Shown here in pieces: positions 27,807-36,186 of a DNA stretch of 64,000 nucleotides. Below the pieces are notes generated by a model. It searched no databases. It was not told where the DNA came from and saw only the letters and a list, made by a program, of their open reading frames with translations. Location of the stretch: positions 26,860-90,859 of the forward strand of contig JAAXHL010000014.1 in the NCBI GenBank assembly GCA_012270865.1, written 5' to 3'. Each line of letters starts with the position of its first letter. Within the stretch, counting starts at the first letter, position 1. The DNA comes from Candidatus Poribacteria bacterium (GTDB lineage: Bacteria > Poribacteria > WGA-4E > WGA-3G). The translations under genes were made by a program, and so were the position numbers.

Positions 27807-29009
27807 ATGGAACGACAGATAAGAGATACGTTTCGATGGAGTCTACTCGTCATTTGGGTTGCTGCAGCGGTGATTCTTATCGGTTTAGTCCCGCAACTCA
27901 GGGCAGATGTGAACGGCGGTTGGGTGCAAACTAACGGTCCCTATGGTGGCGAGATTCTCGCCATCCATGAGACACCTAAAGGCGTGCTTTTTGCTGGAAC
28001 AAGCGGTGGCGGTATCTTCCGTTCGACGGATCGCGGTGATACTTGGGCTCCGGTCAATACTGGATTGCGTTTTGAACCTGGAGAGGGTTTGTCTGTTAGG
28101 GCATTTGCGCAAAAGGGCGGGTTGCTCTACGCTGGCACAACTGATGCTTTGTATGCTTCAACCAATAGGGGGGACACGTGGCACCAAGTTCCAATTTTTG
28201 GAAAAAGATTTGTATCGGTCAGTGATATTATGTTCGTAGGTGCCCGCGTATACGTCGGCACCTTAAATAGAGGTGTTTGGTATTCGGATGATCGCGACTC
28301 ATGGCAGCCGGTGATTACAACTATTGGCGATCGCATGTACACTGCTACCCTGAATAGCGGTGTTCGGTATTCAGATGATGACGGCGATTCATGGCGGCCA
28401 GTGCTGCCGCCCGCGCGGTTGGATGCTATGTTAGTTCGTAAACTTTCGAGTATAGGAACAACCCTTGTCGCTGCGACCCAGAACGGGGTTTTCCGCCAAA
28501 GAACAAATGAGGACACATTGACGGCTATTGACGATGATTCTGTTGAGCAGCGGATTAACGCTTTTGCTGCTATGGACAACCTACTCTACGCAAGTGGGTC
28601 CATGGGCAAAGAAGGCAGTGGGCTTTTCCGGTCCGATGACGAGGGCGATTCATGGACACGTATCGCTACAGAAGAGATAACACGGACTGTTGAGACGATA
28701 GCAGTCTACGGAACAAGGTTGTACGCTGGCACTTCTGGCAGTGGTGTCTTCCGTTCGAATGATAAGGGTGATTCGTGGACATCTATCAATGATGGTTTGG
28801 ACGAAGCATCTGCGACCTCAATAGGTACAGATGGCACGAAGTTATATGCAGGCACATTTACCGGCGTTTTCGGGTGGATAGAAGGTGAGGAGCGGTGGGA
28901 GTCAATTGGTTCCTTGCCGCATCAGATTTTGTCGTTAGCGGTGCTTGACGGGTTCCTTTATGCTGGAACCGCCTATAGCGGTGTGTATAAGATTCAGATT
29001 GCGGAGTAG
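27807..29009 (+). CDS. BNR/Asp-box repeat beta-propeller protein (Ycf48/sialidase-like fold)
   Basis: N-terminal TM/signal segment. Six S-x-D-x-G-x-(S/T)-W boxes: STDRGDTW, STNRGDTW, SDDRDSW, SDDDGDSW, SDDEGDSW, SNDKGDSW. Confidence 0.8.
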   Translation: MERQIRDTFRWSLLVIWVAAAVILIGLVPQLRADVNGGWVQTNGPYGGEILAIHETPKGVLFAGTSGGGIFRSTDRGDTWAPVNTGLRFEPGEGLSVRAFAQKGGLLYAGTTDALYASTNRGDTWHQVPIFGKRFVSVSDIMFVGARVYVGTLNRGVWYSDDRDSWQPVITTIGDRMYTATLNSGVRYSDDDGDSWRPVLPPARLDAMLVRKLSSIGTTLVAATQNGVFRQRTNEDTLTAIDDDSVEQRINAFAAMDNLLYASGSMGKEGSGLFRSDDEGDSWTRIATEEITRTVETIAVYGTRLYAGTSGSGVFRSNDKGDSWTSINDGLDEASATSIGTDGTKLYAGTFTGVFGWIEGEERWESIGSLPHQILSLAVLDGFLYAGTAYSGVYKIQIAE

Positions 29010-29030
29010 GCAGATCAATCGGGAGGGAAT

Positions 29031-30437
29031 ATGTCTGAAACGCCACTTCACTTTAAAACTATTACTGAGATTTCGGAAGAGATTGCTGCCAAGCAGCTAT
29101 CGCCTGTGGATGTCACGGCTGCGATGCTCCAACGCATTGGCGAACTTGACGGTCAACTCAAGAGTTATGCGACTGTGACAGCAGAGCAAGCAATGGCTGC
29201 CGCACAAACGGCGGAACGCGAAATTAATGCCGGAAAGTATCGTGGTTCCCTCCACGGTGTTCCGATTGCGGTGAAGGACCTCTGTTTTACGAAAGGTGTC
29301 CGGACGATGGGCGGTGTGGAAGTCCTCGCGGGACATGTGCCTGCGTTTGATGGCACGGTCATCACAAAACTCGCATCTGCGGGTGCAGTGCTGCTCGGTA
29401 AACTCAATCTGACGGAAGGTGCGATGGGCGGTTACAACCCTAATTTTGATATTCCGCAGAATCCGTGGAACCCTGACCGGTGGACTGGGTCGTCGTCAAG
29501 CGGTTCCGGTGTCGCGACGGCGGCGGGGTTGTGTTTCGGTTCGCTCGGCAGCGATACTGGGGGTTCTATCCGGTTTCCCTCAGCAGCGTGTGGGGTCGTC
29601 GGGATAAAACCGACATGGGGTAGGGTGAGCCGTTACGGTGTCCTCGCACTTGCTGAGTCGATGGATCACGTCGGTCCGATGACGCGCAGTGTGGCGGATG
29701 CGGCAATTATACTTGAGGCGATCGCTGGTTTTGACCCCAATGATCCGACTTCTCTGCCGGACCCTGTGCCGAATATGCTTGACGGGATAGGACAGGACCT
29801 CCGAGGTGTCCGTATCGGATTCGATGAGAACTATGCGACAAACGATATTGACACTGAACTCGCTGATGCGGTGCGCGCCGGGGTGGAAGTCCTTGCGAAT
29901 CAAGGTGCTGAGATTGTTGAGGTGGATTTACCGGATGTAGATGAATACGTCTCCGCATGGCCCACGCTGTGTGCGACCGAGGCGGTTGTGGCACACGCAG
30001 CCTTCTATCCATCCCAACGGGACGCTTACGGTCCCTGGTTCCAAGGATGGCTTGATATGGGTGCGAAGGTGACAGGGACAGAATACGCGAAGGCGAACAA
30101 TCTAAGAGCCGCCTGCACAGGACATTTCAGACGCGTCTTTGCGGAGATTGATGTGTTGGTCTGTCCGTCGATGTCCGCGCCGCCGCACGTTGTCACGCCA
30201 GAAATATTATACGGACCGTATGACCCCCGGGACCGGGAACCGAAGTTCCAACGGTTTACAGTGCCTTTCGACTACAACGGCGCGCCGACGCTTTCTGTAC
30301 CGTGTGGCATGAATAGCGACGGATTACCGTTGAGCATTCAGTTTGTCGGGAAACATTTGACAGAGCCGTTGCTGTGTCAAGTCGGACACGCTTATGAGCG
30401 AGCAACGCCGTGGCACAATCTTCATCCTGATGTTTAA
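29031..30437 (+). CDS. amidase (amidase-signature family)
   Basis: AS-family stretch GSSSSGSGVATAAG...GSDTGGSIRFPSAACGVVGIKPTWGRVS. Confidence 0.88.
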   Translation: MSETPLHFKTITEISEEIAAKQLSPVDVTAAMLQRIGELDGQLKSYATVTAEQAMAAAQTAEREINAGKYRGSLHGVPIAVKDLCFTKGVRTMGGVEVLAGHVPAFDGTVITKLASAGAVLLGKLNLTEGAMGGYNPNFDIPQNPWNPDRWTGSSSSGSGVATAAGLCFGSLGSDTGGSIRFPSAACGVVGIKPTWGRVSRYGVLALAESMDHVGPMTRSVADAAIILEAIAGFDPNDPTSLPDPVPNMLDGIGQDLRGVRIGFDENYATNDIDTELADAVRAGVEVLANQGAEIVEVDLPDVDEYVSAWPTLCATEAVVAHAAFYPSQRDAYGPWFQGWLDMGAKVTGTEYAKANNLRAACTGHFRRVFAEIDVLVCPSMSAPPHVVTPEILYGPYDPRDREPKFQRFTVPFDYNGAPTLSVPCGMNSDGLPLSIQFVGKHLTEPLLCQVGHAYERATPWHNLHPDV

Positions 30438-30441
30438 GGTG

Positions 30442-31452
30442 CTACTTTTGCGGTAAGTGATACCCCTCTTTCGTCGTTTCGATGCTGTAGAGACAATTTT
30501 CTGCCGTGATGTAAAGCGTCTTGCTCGTCTTACCGCGTCCGAAGGCGACGTTGGTCGGTTTATCGGGTGTCTCAACGTACGCCAGTTCCTCACCTTCAGG
30601 CGTATAGACGTGAACGCCTTTTTGGGTTTCATCGCGCACCGCTACCCAAAGATTCCCCTCCGCATCGACAACCATCCCGTCTGGACCGTCCTCTGGTGTG
30701 TAATCAACAAGCACTTTACGGAAAGTTGCAGTGCCTTCGGGTGAAAGATCGTAGGCGAGGAGTGCCATATTTCCCTTACGCGGTTCCATCTCATCGGTGA
30801 GGTTTCCCATCGCGCCGTTGTCGTGACTGATAACGTAGAGCGTCTTTTGGTCGGGTGAGACTGCCACGCCGTTCGGTTTACCGGCATCCGTAACAACAAG
30901 GTGAACAGAACCGTCTGGATCAATGCGATAGACACCAAAAATGGGTTGTTCGACGGGTTCGTGTCCGGCGTAACGCGGGTCGGTAAAATAGATGCGTCCC
31001 TGTTCGTCAATTGAGAGATCGTTCGGTGAGTTAAAAGGTTTTCCGTTATACAGTCCAGCGATAATCTCGCTTTTACCGGTTTCCATATCTGTTCGGGTAA
31101 TCCTGCGTCCCCCGAAGTCCGCACCTTCCGCGACCACAAAGCGCCCTTGTGCGTCAAACTTCGTTCCGTTGGACATCCCACTCGGAGAACGAAAAACGGT
31201 TGTTTCTCCGGTCTCCGGGTTGTATTTCATGATATGTCCAGCCTTCATATCCGTCTGATCCGTGAAGGTGATGTCGCTGAAGTAGACCATCCCGTCTGGC
31301 GCGACGGAGACACCCTCCGTGAAATGCGCACCGTTGAAGAGTTCTTTAAGTTCCGCACCTGGGGCGATAATGGGGTCGCTGCTTTCAGGACTCCCAATCA
31401 GAGTAGATGCTAAGGCACATACAAGCGTTTGAGATATTTGTAGATTCGGCAT
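30442..31452 (-). CDS. SMP-30/gluconolactonase/LRE family protein
   Basis: Signal-like N-terminus. Motifs PNGVAVSPDQKTLYV and PDGMVVDAEGNLWVA. Confidence 0.8.
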   Translation of the reverse strand: MPNLQISQTLVCALASTLIGSPESSDPIIAPGAELKELFNGAHFTEGVSVAPDGMVYFSDITFTDQTDMKAGHIMKYNPETGETTVFRSPSGMSNGTKFDAQGRFVVAEGADFGGRRITRTDMETGKSEIIAGLYNGKPFNSPNDLSIDEQGRIYFTDPRYAGHEPVEQPIFGVYRIDPDGSVHLVVTDAGKPNGVAVSPDQKTLYVISHDNGAMGNLTDEMEPRKGNMALLAYDLSPEGTATFRKVLVDYTPEDGPDGMVVDAEGNLWVAVRDETQKGVHVYTPEGEELAYVETPDKPTNVAFGRGKTSKTLYITAENCLYSIETTKEGYHLPQK

Positions 31453-31536
31453 ATCTGATCTCCTTTGTTGTTAACTGCGCGTGTGAAAAAAGTATACGTC
31501 AGTTCTGCCTCCGTGTCAATAGAAATTAAAAAAAAA

Positions 31537-31566
31537 TTGCATTTTAATCTAAGTATCAAGTATAAT
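31537..31566 (+). promoter_or_regulatory. sigma70-type promoter
   Basis: TTGCAT (31537-31542), 18-nt spacer, TATAAT (31561-31566). Lies upstream of hicB. Confidence 0.4.
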
Positions 31567-31704
31567 ACAAATTACCATAAGCCGTAGGGTCCTACCTTTT
31601 TCCACCCATGTTCTCGGCAACGCAAACAATACGAATCAAGTCAATAGGGTATAATATCCATAACGTATTAGGAATAATATAAGAAACGAAAGGAGATATG
31701 GGAG

Positions 31705-31923
31705 ATGAAATTTAACGCAGTTTTCAAAAAAGTCCCAGAGGGTTATATCGGATTTGTCGAAGAATTGCCCAGCGCGAATACACAGGGTAAAACGCTTGAA
31801 GAAGCGAGGGCAAATCTCCGAGAGGCAATTGAACTGACACTTGCGGCGAATCGCGCACTTGCTGAAGAAGACATCGCTGAGTTACAGGATGTCATTCGTG
31901 AACCTATTTCCGTGCGCTTATGA
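31705..31923 (+). CDS. hicB: HicB-family antitoxin (short form), no adjacent toxin gene
   Basis: 72 aa. MKFNAVFKKVPEGYIGFVEELPSANTQGKTLEEARANLREAIEL... matches the HicB/UPF0150 N-terminal fold pattern. GGAG RBS present. Confidence 0.7.
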   Translation: MKFNAVFKKVPEGYIGFVEELPSANTQGKTLEEARANLREAIELTLAANRALAEEDIAELQDVIREPISVRL

Positions 31924-31994
31924 ATTTGTAATAAACGCTGTGTAACTCTTCTATTTATTGCATGACAGGATTTTATCACACGTCAGGAACGGCG

Positions 31995-33011
31995 TTATCC
32001 CATCGGATGCGGTCCGTGAGTTATCACGCCTTGTCGGGCGTGTGCGTAGATTGCATCTTGAATCTCAAGAATCCGCACCGCATCAGCAACCGTCGGCTCA
32101 AAGGTACTGCCATCACGGATTGCGTCAAATGCCCTACCCATTATCCCCTGTATCCGCGCACCGTGAGAGATGTCCTCGCTAAACTGCACACCCTCCGTTG
32201 TATGGACTTCAATCAACGGTTCACCGTTGCGACCATATTGTTCAAACACGGAAGCCTTCGTTCCAACGAACCGAAAGAAATGATCGCCACCGCGTGTGCC
32301 AGATGGATAGTTATAACCAGATTCAATGACACCGGTGATCCCGCTTTCCGTTCTTAACACACCGATACCGCTATCCTCTACACCACGACTATGCATGGCG
32401 TTGGACATAACCGCGCCGACGACCGTGATTTGTTCATCACCAACGAATTGAAGGAATGTATCAATACCGTGTGCTGCTTCAACCGCCCAGCATCCGCCAC
32501 CAGAGATACTCGGATCGCTGTGCCAGTAAGACGGAGTCGGATCATAACGGGATGGAGGACCGTTGTTAAGTCTGCTATTGTATAACGTCAGTTCTCCTAA
32601 ACTGCCATCAGCGACCATCCCTTTAACAACACTCACGATTCGGCTTGCGCGGTTCGGTAGCACAAGCGCGCTGAAGACTCCATGCTTTTCGGATGCCTCA
32701 GCAGCGGGACGGAGCCTATCTGCACAATCCGCGAACGGTTTGTCTAAAAGGTAAGGGATACGCCGATCTACACATGCTTGGACGTGATCTCCCATTTCAA
32801 TATGTTTGCCAGCGACAAGCACAGCGTCAGGTTTGCTGGTGTCAAGGCATTCCGCTGCAGTCTCGAATCCAGGACATTGAAAATCGTCCATCAACTGTTG
32901 TCGGGGAGCAGGTTCACCGTCCATAACTCCGACAATCTCGTGTCCAAGTCCGTGCGCCGTGCGCGCCATACTCCGTCCGTGATGACTATAGGAAAGCACT
33001 GCTAATTTCAT
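31995..33011 (-). CDS. Gfo/Idh/MocA family oxidoreductase
   Basis: 338 aa with an N-terminal Rossmann-like segment and the family-typical ...EKPF... equivalent (LLDKPFA). Confidence 0.75.
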   Translation of the reverse strand: MKLAVLSYSHHGRSMARTAHGLGHEIVGVMDGEPAPRQQLMDDFQCPGFETAAECLDTSKPDAVLVAGKHIEMGDHVQACVDRRIPYLLDKPFADCADRLRPAAEASEKHGVFSALVLPNRASRIVSVVKGMVADGSLGELTLYNSRLNNGPPSRYDPTPSYWHSDPSISGGGCWAVEAAHGIDTFLQFVGDEQITVVGAVMSNAMHSRGVEDSGIGVLRTESGITGVIESGYNYPSGTRGGDHFFRFVGTKASVFEQYGRNGEPLIEVHTTEGVQFSEDISHGARIQGIMGRAFDAIRDGSTFEPTVADAVRILEIQDAIYAHARQGVITHGPHPMG

Positions 33012-33330
33012 TTTTTAATTATTCCTTGCGGTTCGGTGATAAAAAAATAGGGATACCCTTACTCTTTTTCTCTACCTGCCTAAGCGTCTGTGTTAAGCCA
33101 ACCACTTTCCTCGGAACACACATGGACAGATTTAAAAACGCTTTCTACGGGCGTTTATGGGGTTTTCCTTTTCAGGATCGTCACGTGACGATGAAGAAAG
33201 AGTTGTGGCAATAACGTTAAAGTTGCGGAACCTGCTCACGCATGTCTCATCCTTTATGAGACGGAATTCTGCGTATAAAATGTCCGTAAGCATAAATCGT
33301 TGGGAGCATGGTAGCGTTGGCACGCTCAAA

Positions 33331-33654
33331 CTAAACCGTGATAACCCGCTGTTGCCCCTCTCTGTATCCTGAGGGCGTAATGCGAATCTCAATATCGCGG
33401 TTGAGTCGATTCAGAAACGTCAACAGCCGTTCGACGCTATAATGATTAAACTTTCCTTTTTTGAGTCGTGAGATTTCAGGCTGCTTCACGCCGAGAATCT
33501 TCGCGGCTTCCGCTTGGGTGAGCTGACGATCTTCTATAATCCGAAACACTTCAAACCCAAGTTTCGCTTTGAGAAACAGTTCGTCGGCATCTGGCAAGTC
33601 TAAATCCTTAAACACATTGCCTGAACTCTTTTCAAATTCAATCTTCTTGCTCAT
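33331..33654 (-). CDS. XRE-family HTH antitoxin (HigA-like)
   Basis: 107 aa. HTH segment LTQAEAAKILGVKQPEISRLKKGK. Overlaps the upstream toxin gene by 17 nt. Confidence 0.8.
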   Translation of the reverse strand: MSKKIEFEKSSGNVFKDLDLPDADELFLKAKLGFEVFRIIEDRQLTQAEAAKILGVKQPEISRLKKGKFNHYSVERLLTFLNRLNRDIEIRITPSGYREGQQRVITV

Positions 33655-34012
33655 AATTCTTCTCCAGTTCCTGCGCCATTCTGAGGCGTTTGTTGATAAG
33701 GTCTACCTCTTTCTTGGGGGTCTGAATGCCGCGCCTTGATTTTTTCTGAAAACAATGCAGCACATAAACCCTCTCTCCGATTTTCACGGCATACACGGCA
33801 CGATACGTGTCCGTCCTATAATCCGCTCGGATCTCAAAAACCCCTGAGCCAACGCCCTTGAAGGGTTTTGCTGCAGGAGACATGCTTCCCGCCTGTGCAA
33901 TAAACAAAGCGTCCCCTATATCCTTTTGAACGGACTGCGGAAATTCCTTCAGCTTTGCCTTAGAATCCCCGACCCATATAGCCTCTCTTAAGTTCAGTCT
34001 TTCGTGATCCAT
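33638..34012 (-). CDS. RelE/ParE-superfamily toxin of the Gp49/HigB type
   Basis: 124 aa. ...KPFKGVGSGVFEIRADYRTDTYRAVYAVKIGERVYVLHCFQKKS... The toxin-first order is typical of higBA. Confidence 0.75.
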   Translation of the reverse strand: MDHERLNLREAIWVGDSKAKLKEFPQSVQKDIGDALFIAQAGSMSPAAKPFKGVGSGVFEIRADYRTDTYRAVYAVKIGERVYVLHCFQKKSRRGIQTPKKEVDLINKRLRMAQELEKNYEQED

Positions 34013-34124
34013 AATGTATTATAACCAAATGGATATAATATGTCAAGCTGATATTTCTCAAAAGTTATTGTAAATCAGTGATTATCAAGGTTCTTTGGGT
34101 GCTATTGTATGAATCTGCGCATTT

Positions 34125-34196
34125 ATGAAAAGATGCGAGTTCATTCGCCATCTTGAAAAGAATGGTTGCAAAAAGAAAGCGTTGATAAATCACAAC
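34125..34196 (+). pseudogene. hicA-like toxin gene remnant (N-terminal ~24 codons)
   Basis: MKRCEFIRHLEKNGCKKKALINHN resembles the HicA N-terminus (MKRxEFxRHLExHGC...). It lacks the following REGGxH catalytic segment. The reading frame then runs antisense into the 3' end of CDS 34212-36137. Confidence 0.4.
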
Positions 34197-34211
34197 CCAG
34201 ACTTATCACTA

Positions 34212-36137
34212 TTATCTATAAAACGAATACATCTGCAAGCCTGTGAAGAGTCGAATGAGTACCCAAATCCCACCGATCATGAATTCACCGAGAATCAGTC
34301 CGAGAAAAAGCGGATACGCTTTGCGGTACAGACGAATCCCACCGACTTTCAGCAGTATCGTTTTGATGCCCCAACTCAGAAATATCGAGAACCAGAGCCT
34401 ACCGATCGTCGATCTCTCGCCAGCGACGAGATAACCAGCCGGGTGGAAGGGCCAGAACGGAAAGACGGTTCGGAGCCACCAGAGAAAACCCGTGAAAAAC
34501 GCTCCGACACCGATAAACGTCACTGCAACAACGTCGGTTTCAGTCGGATGCGAAATCCAATTTTGCAGGAGATTGTAGCCTCCCGTACCCAAGTCGCTGA
34601 CGACACCAATATTGTATCCGACAAGTAGATACGCCCAAAACGAAGCGAGAATTCCGACCACCGCCGCGAACATCATCGCTATAATCAGTCTGCCGGAACG
34701 CATGCCTGATTCTTCCGCAAGTTTGAACCCTTCGAGGGTATGCGGCATCGGGTTTGCACGAGAACCACGATTGAAGGTGAGATAGAGACGCATCATCGTC
34801 AGGCTCCCGTGCGAAAGGATTCGCGTGCCGAAGATGTCTGTCAGGATGCCGTGCGGTGTTGCATAGGTACGGATCGTTGGTGGACCGACTTCAGCACGGA
34901 TACGCGTGAGACTCATAGATAACAGATAGTAGATGAGGAAGTAGAGACCGATCGTCCAAATTGCCATTCCGCCTCTATGTGAAAAGATGAACAGAAACGC
35001 TAAACCGCCGACCAATCCCAGTGCAGCCCATCGGTAACGCATCGGCTCCCCACTGTCGTCGATTTCACCCGGTGAATGGTATCCTCGGAAAATGTGCTTC
35101 GCAACACGGAAAAAGAAGCGGCGTCCACCCCAAAGTGCGAAGCAGGAGAGGACGAGGTAACCACCCATTATCTGCTGCCAGTCGTAAGGGAACCCCGGCA
35201 GAATATCGAGTCCGAGTGCGCTGCCCAATATCCGTTCCGCTTTCCAGAACCAGTAGAAAAACCAGACGGAGAACGACATCTCTAACGGCATAAGGTACGC
35301 GAGTCCGACAGCGAATGAGCGGATATAGATAGGTGTCCAACCGATAGAATTCCACGGTTTTTGCGTGAAGTATTGACCGATTTCGGCGTGCCGTACTGGA
35401 ACTTCGGGAATCTCAGGAAAGAGAACATGAAAACCGTTGATGAGATTGATACCGCCAGCGATAGCGAATCCGAGCCACATCATCTTCGACTTAAAGAGTC
35501 GTCCGTCAAGTCTTGTCATCTCCAATGGCAGTTGTACAATCGGATAGGATAACCGTTCATGTTCGATCCATTGTCTTCGGATGAAAACATCGAGGCAAAT
35601 CATCACCCAGATAAGGACAGTGAGAAACACTGTCCACCAGAGGATAGGACGGAGCCATCCGAGCAGATGTGCTTTTGTATAGAGTGTACTTTCGCCATCG
35701 TAAAACAGTTTCAGGCTTGCTTCGTCGTTAGAGGTAAGCCACGGTGGAAGGTATCGCCAGAAGAGTTGTTTCCACTCATTTTCGGGAGTTGCGAACCAGT
35801 ATCCATCGGAGATCGTCGGGATAACCGTTTGCATCATATCGTGCCCTGCAATCGCTGATGAGAGCGAGAGCATCGCGAAGACTGTCAGGAGTTCACCCTG
35901 TCTGAAAGCGAACTTTGGCAGAAACCGTTTTAGCAGTAGATTGAACGGGACAAGCACCATTAACGTGATAATCACGTTATAGATGAGCGACATCGTCGTC
36001 GGGAGGGTACTCCAAAATTTGAGGTGGTTTGCCATGATGAAGTAGGTATTCACCGGAATCAGTAGCAAACCGAGCGCAATGGCACGAAAGGTTACACCGG
36101 GATGATGGGTTTTGTTTTTCAAGGTCGCTTTTGGCAT
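34212..36137 (-). CDS. 641-aa polytopic membrane protein of unknown function
   Basis: At least 14 hydrophobic segments and no motif I can name. Starts 49 nt downstream of helicase-nuclease B on the same strand. G+C resembles the surrounding genome. Confidence 0.6.
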   Translation of the reverse strand: MPKATLKNKTHHPGVTFRAIALGLLLIPVNTYFIMANHLKFWSTLPTTMSLIYNVIITLMVLVPFNLLLKRFLPKFAFRQGELLTVFAMLSLSSAIAGHDMMQTVIPTISDGYWFATPENEWKQLFWRYLPPWLTSNDEASLKLFYDGESTLYTKAHLLGWLRPILWWTVFLTVLIWVMICLDVFIRRQWIEHERLSYPIVQLPLEMTRLDGRLFKSKMMWLGFAIAGGINLINGFHVLFPEIPEVPVRHAEIGQYFTQKPWNSIGWTPIYIRSFAVGLAYLMPLEMSFSVWFFYWFWKAERILGSALGLDILPGFPYDWQQIMGGYLVLSCFALWGGRRFFFRVAKHIFRGYHSPGEIDDSGEPMRYRWAALGLVGGLAFLFIFSHRGGMAIWTIGLYFLIYYLLSMSLTRIRAEVGPPTIRTYATPHGILTDIFGTRILSHGSLTMMRLYLTFNRGSRANPMPHTLEGFKLAEESGMRSGRLIIAMMFAAVVGILASFWAYLLVGYNIGVVSDLGTGGYNLLQNWISHPTETDVVAVTFIGVGAFFTGFLWWLRTVFPFWPFHPAGYLVAGERSTIGRLWFSIFLSWGIKTILLKVGGIRLYRKAYPLFLGLILGEFMIGGIWVLIRLFTGLQMYSFYR

Positions 36138-36186
36138 AAAGGGATTGGTACTTAGAGTTCATGGTTTGTTAGGTGTTAGTGGGATA

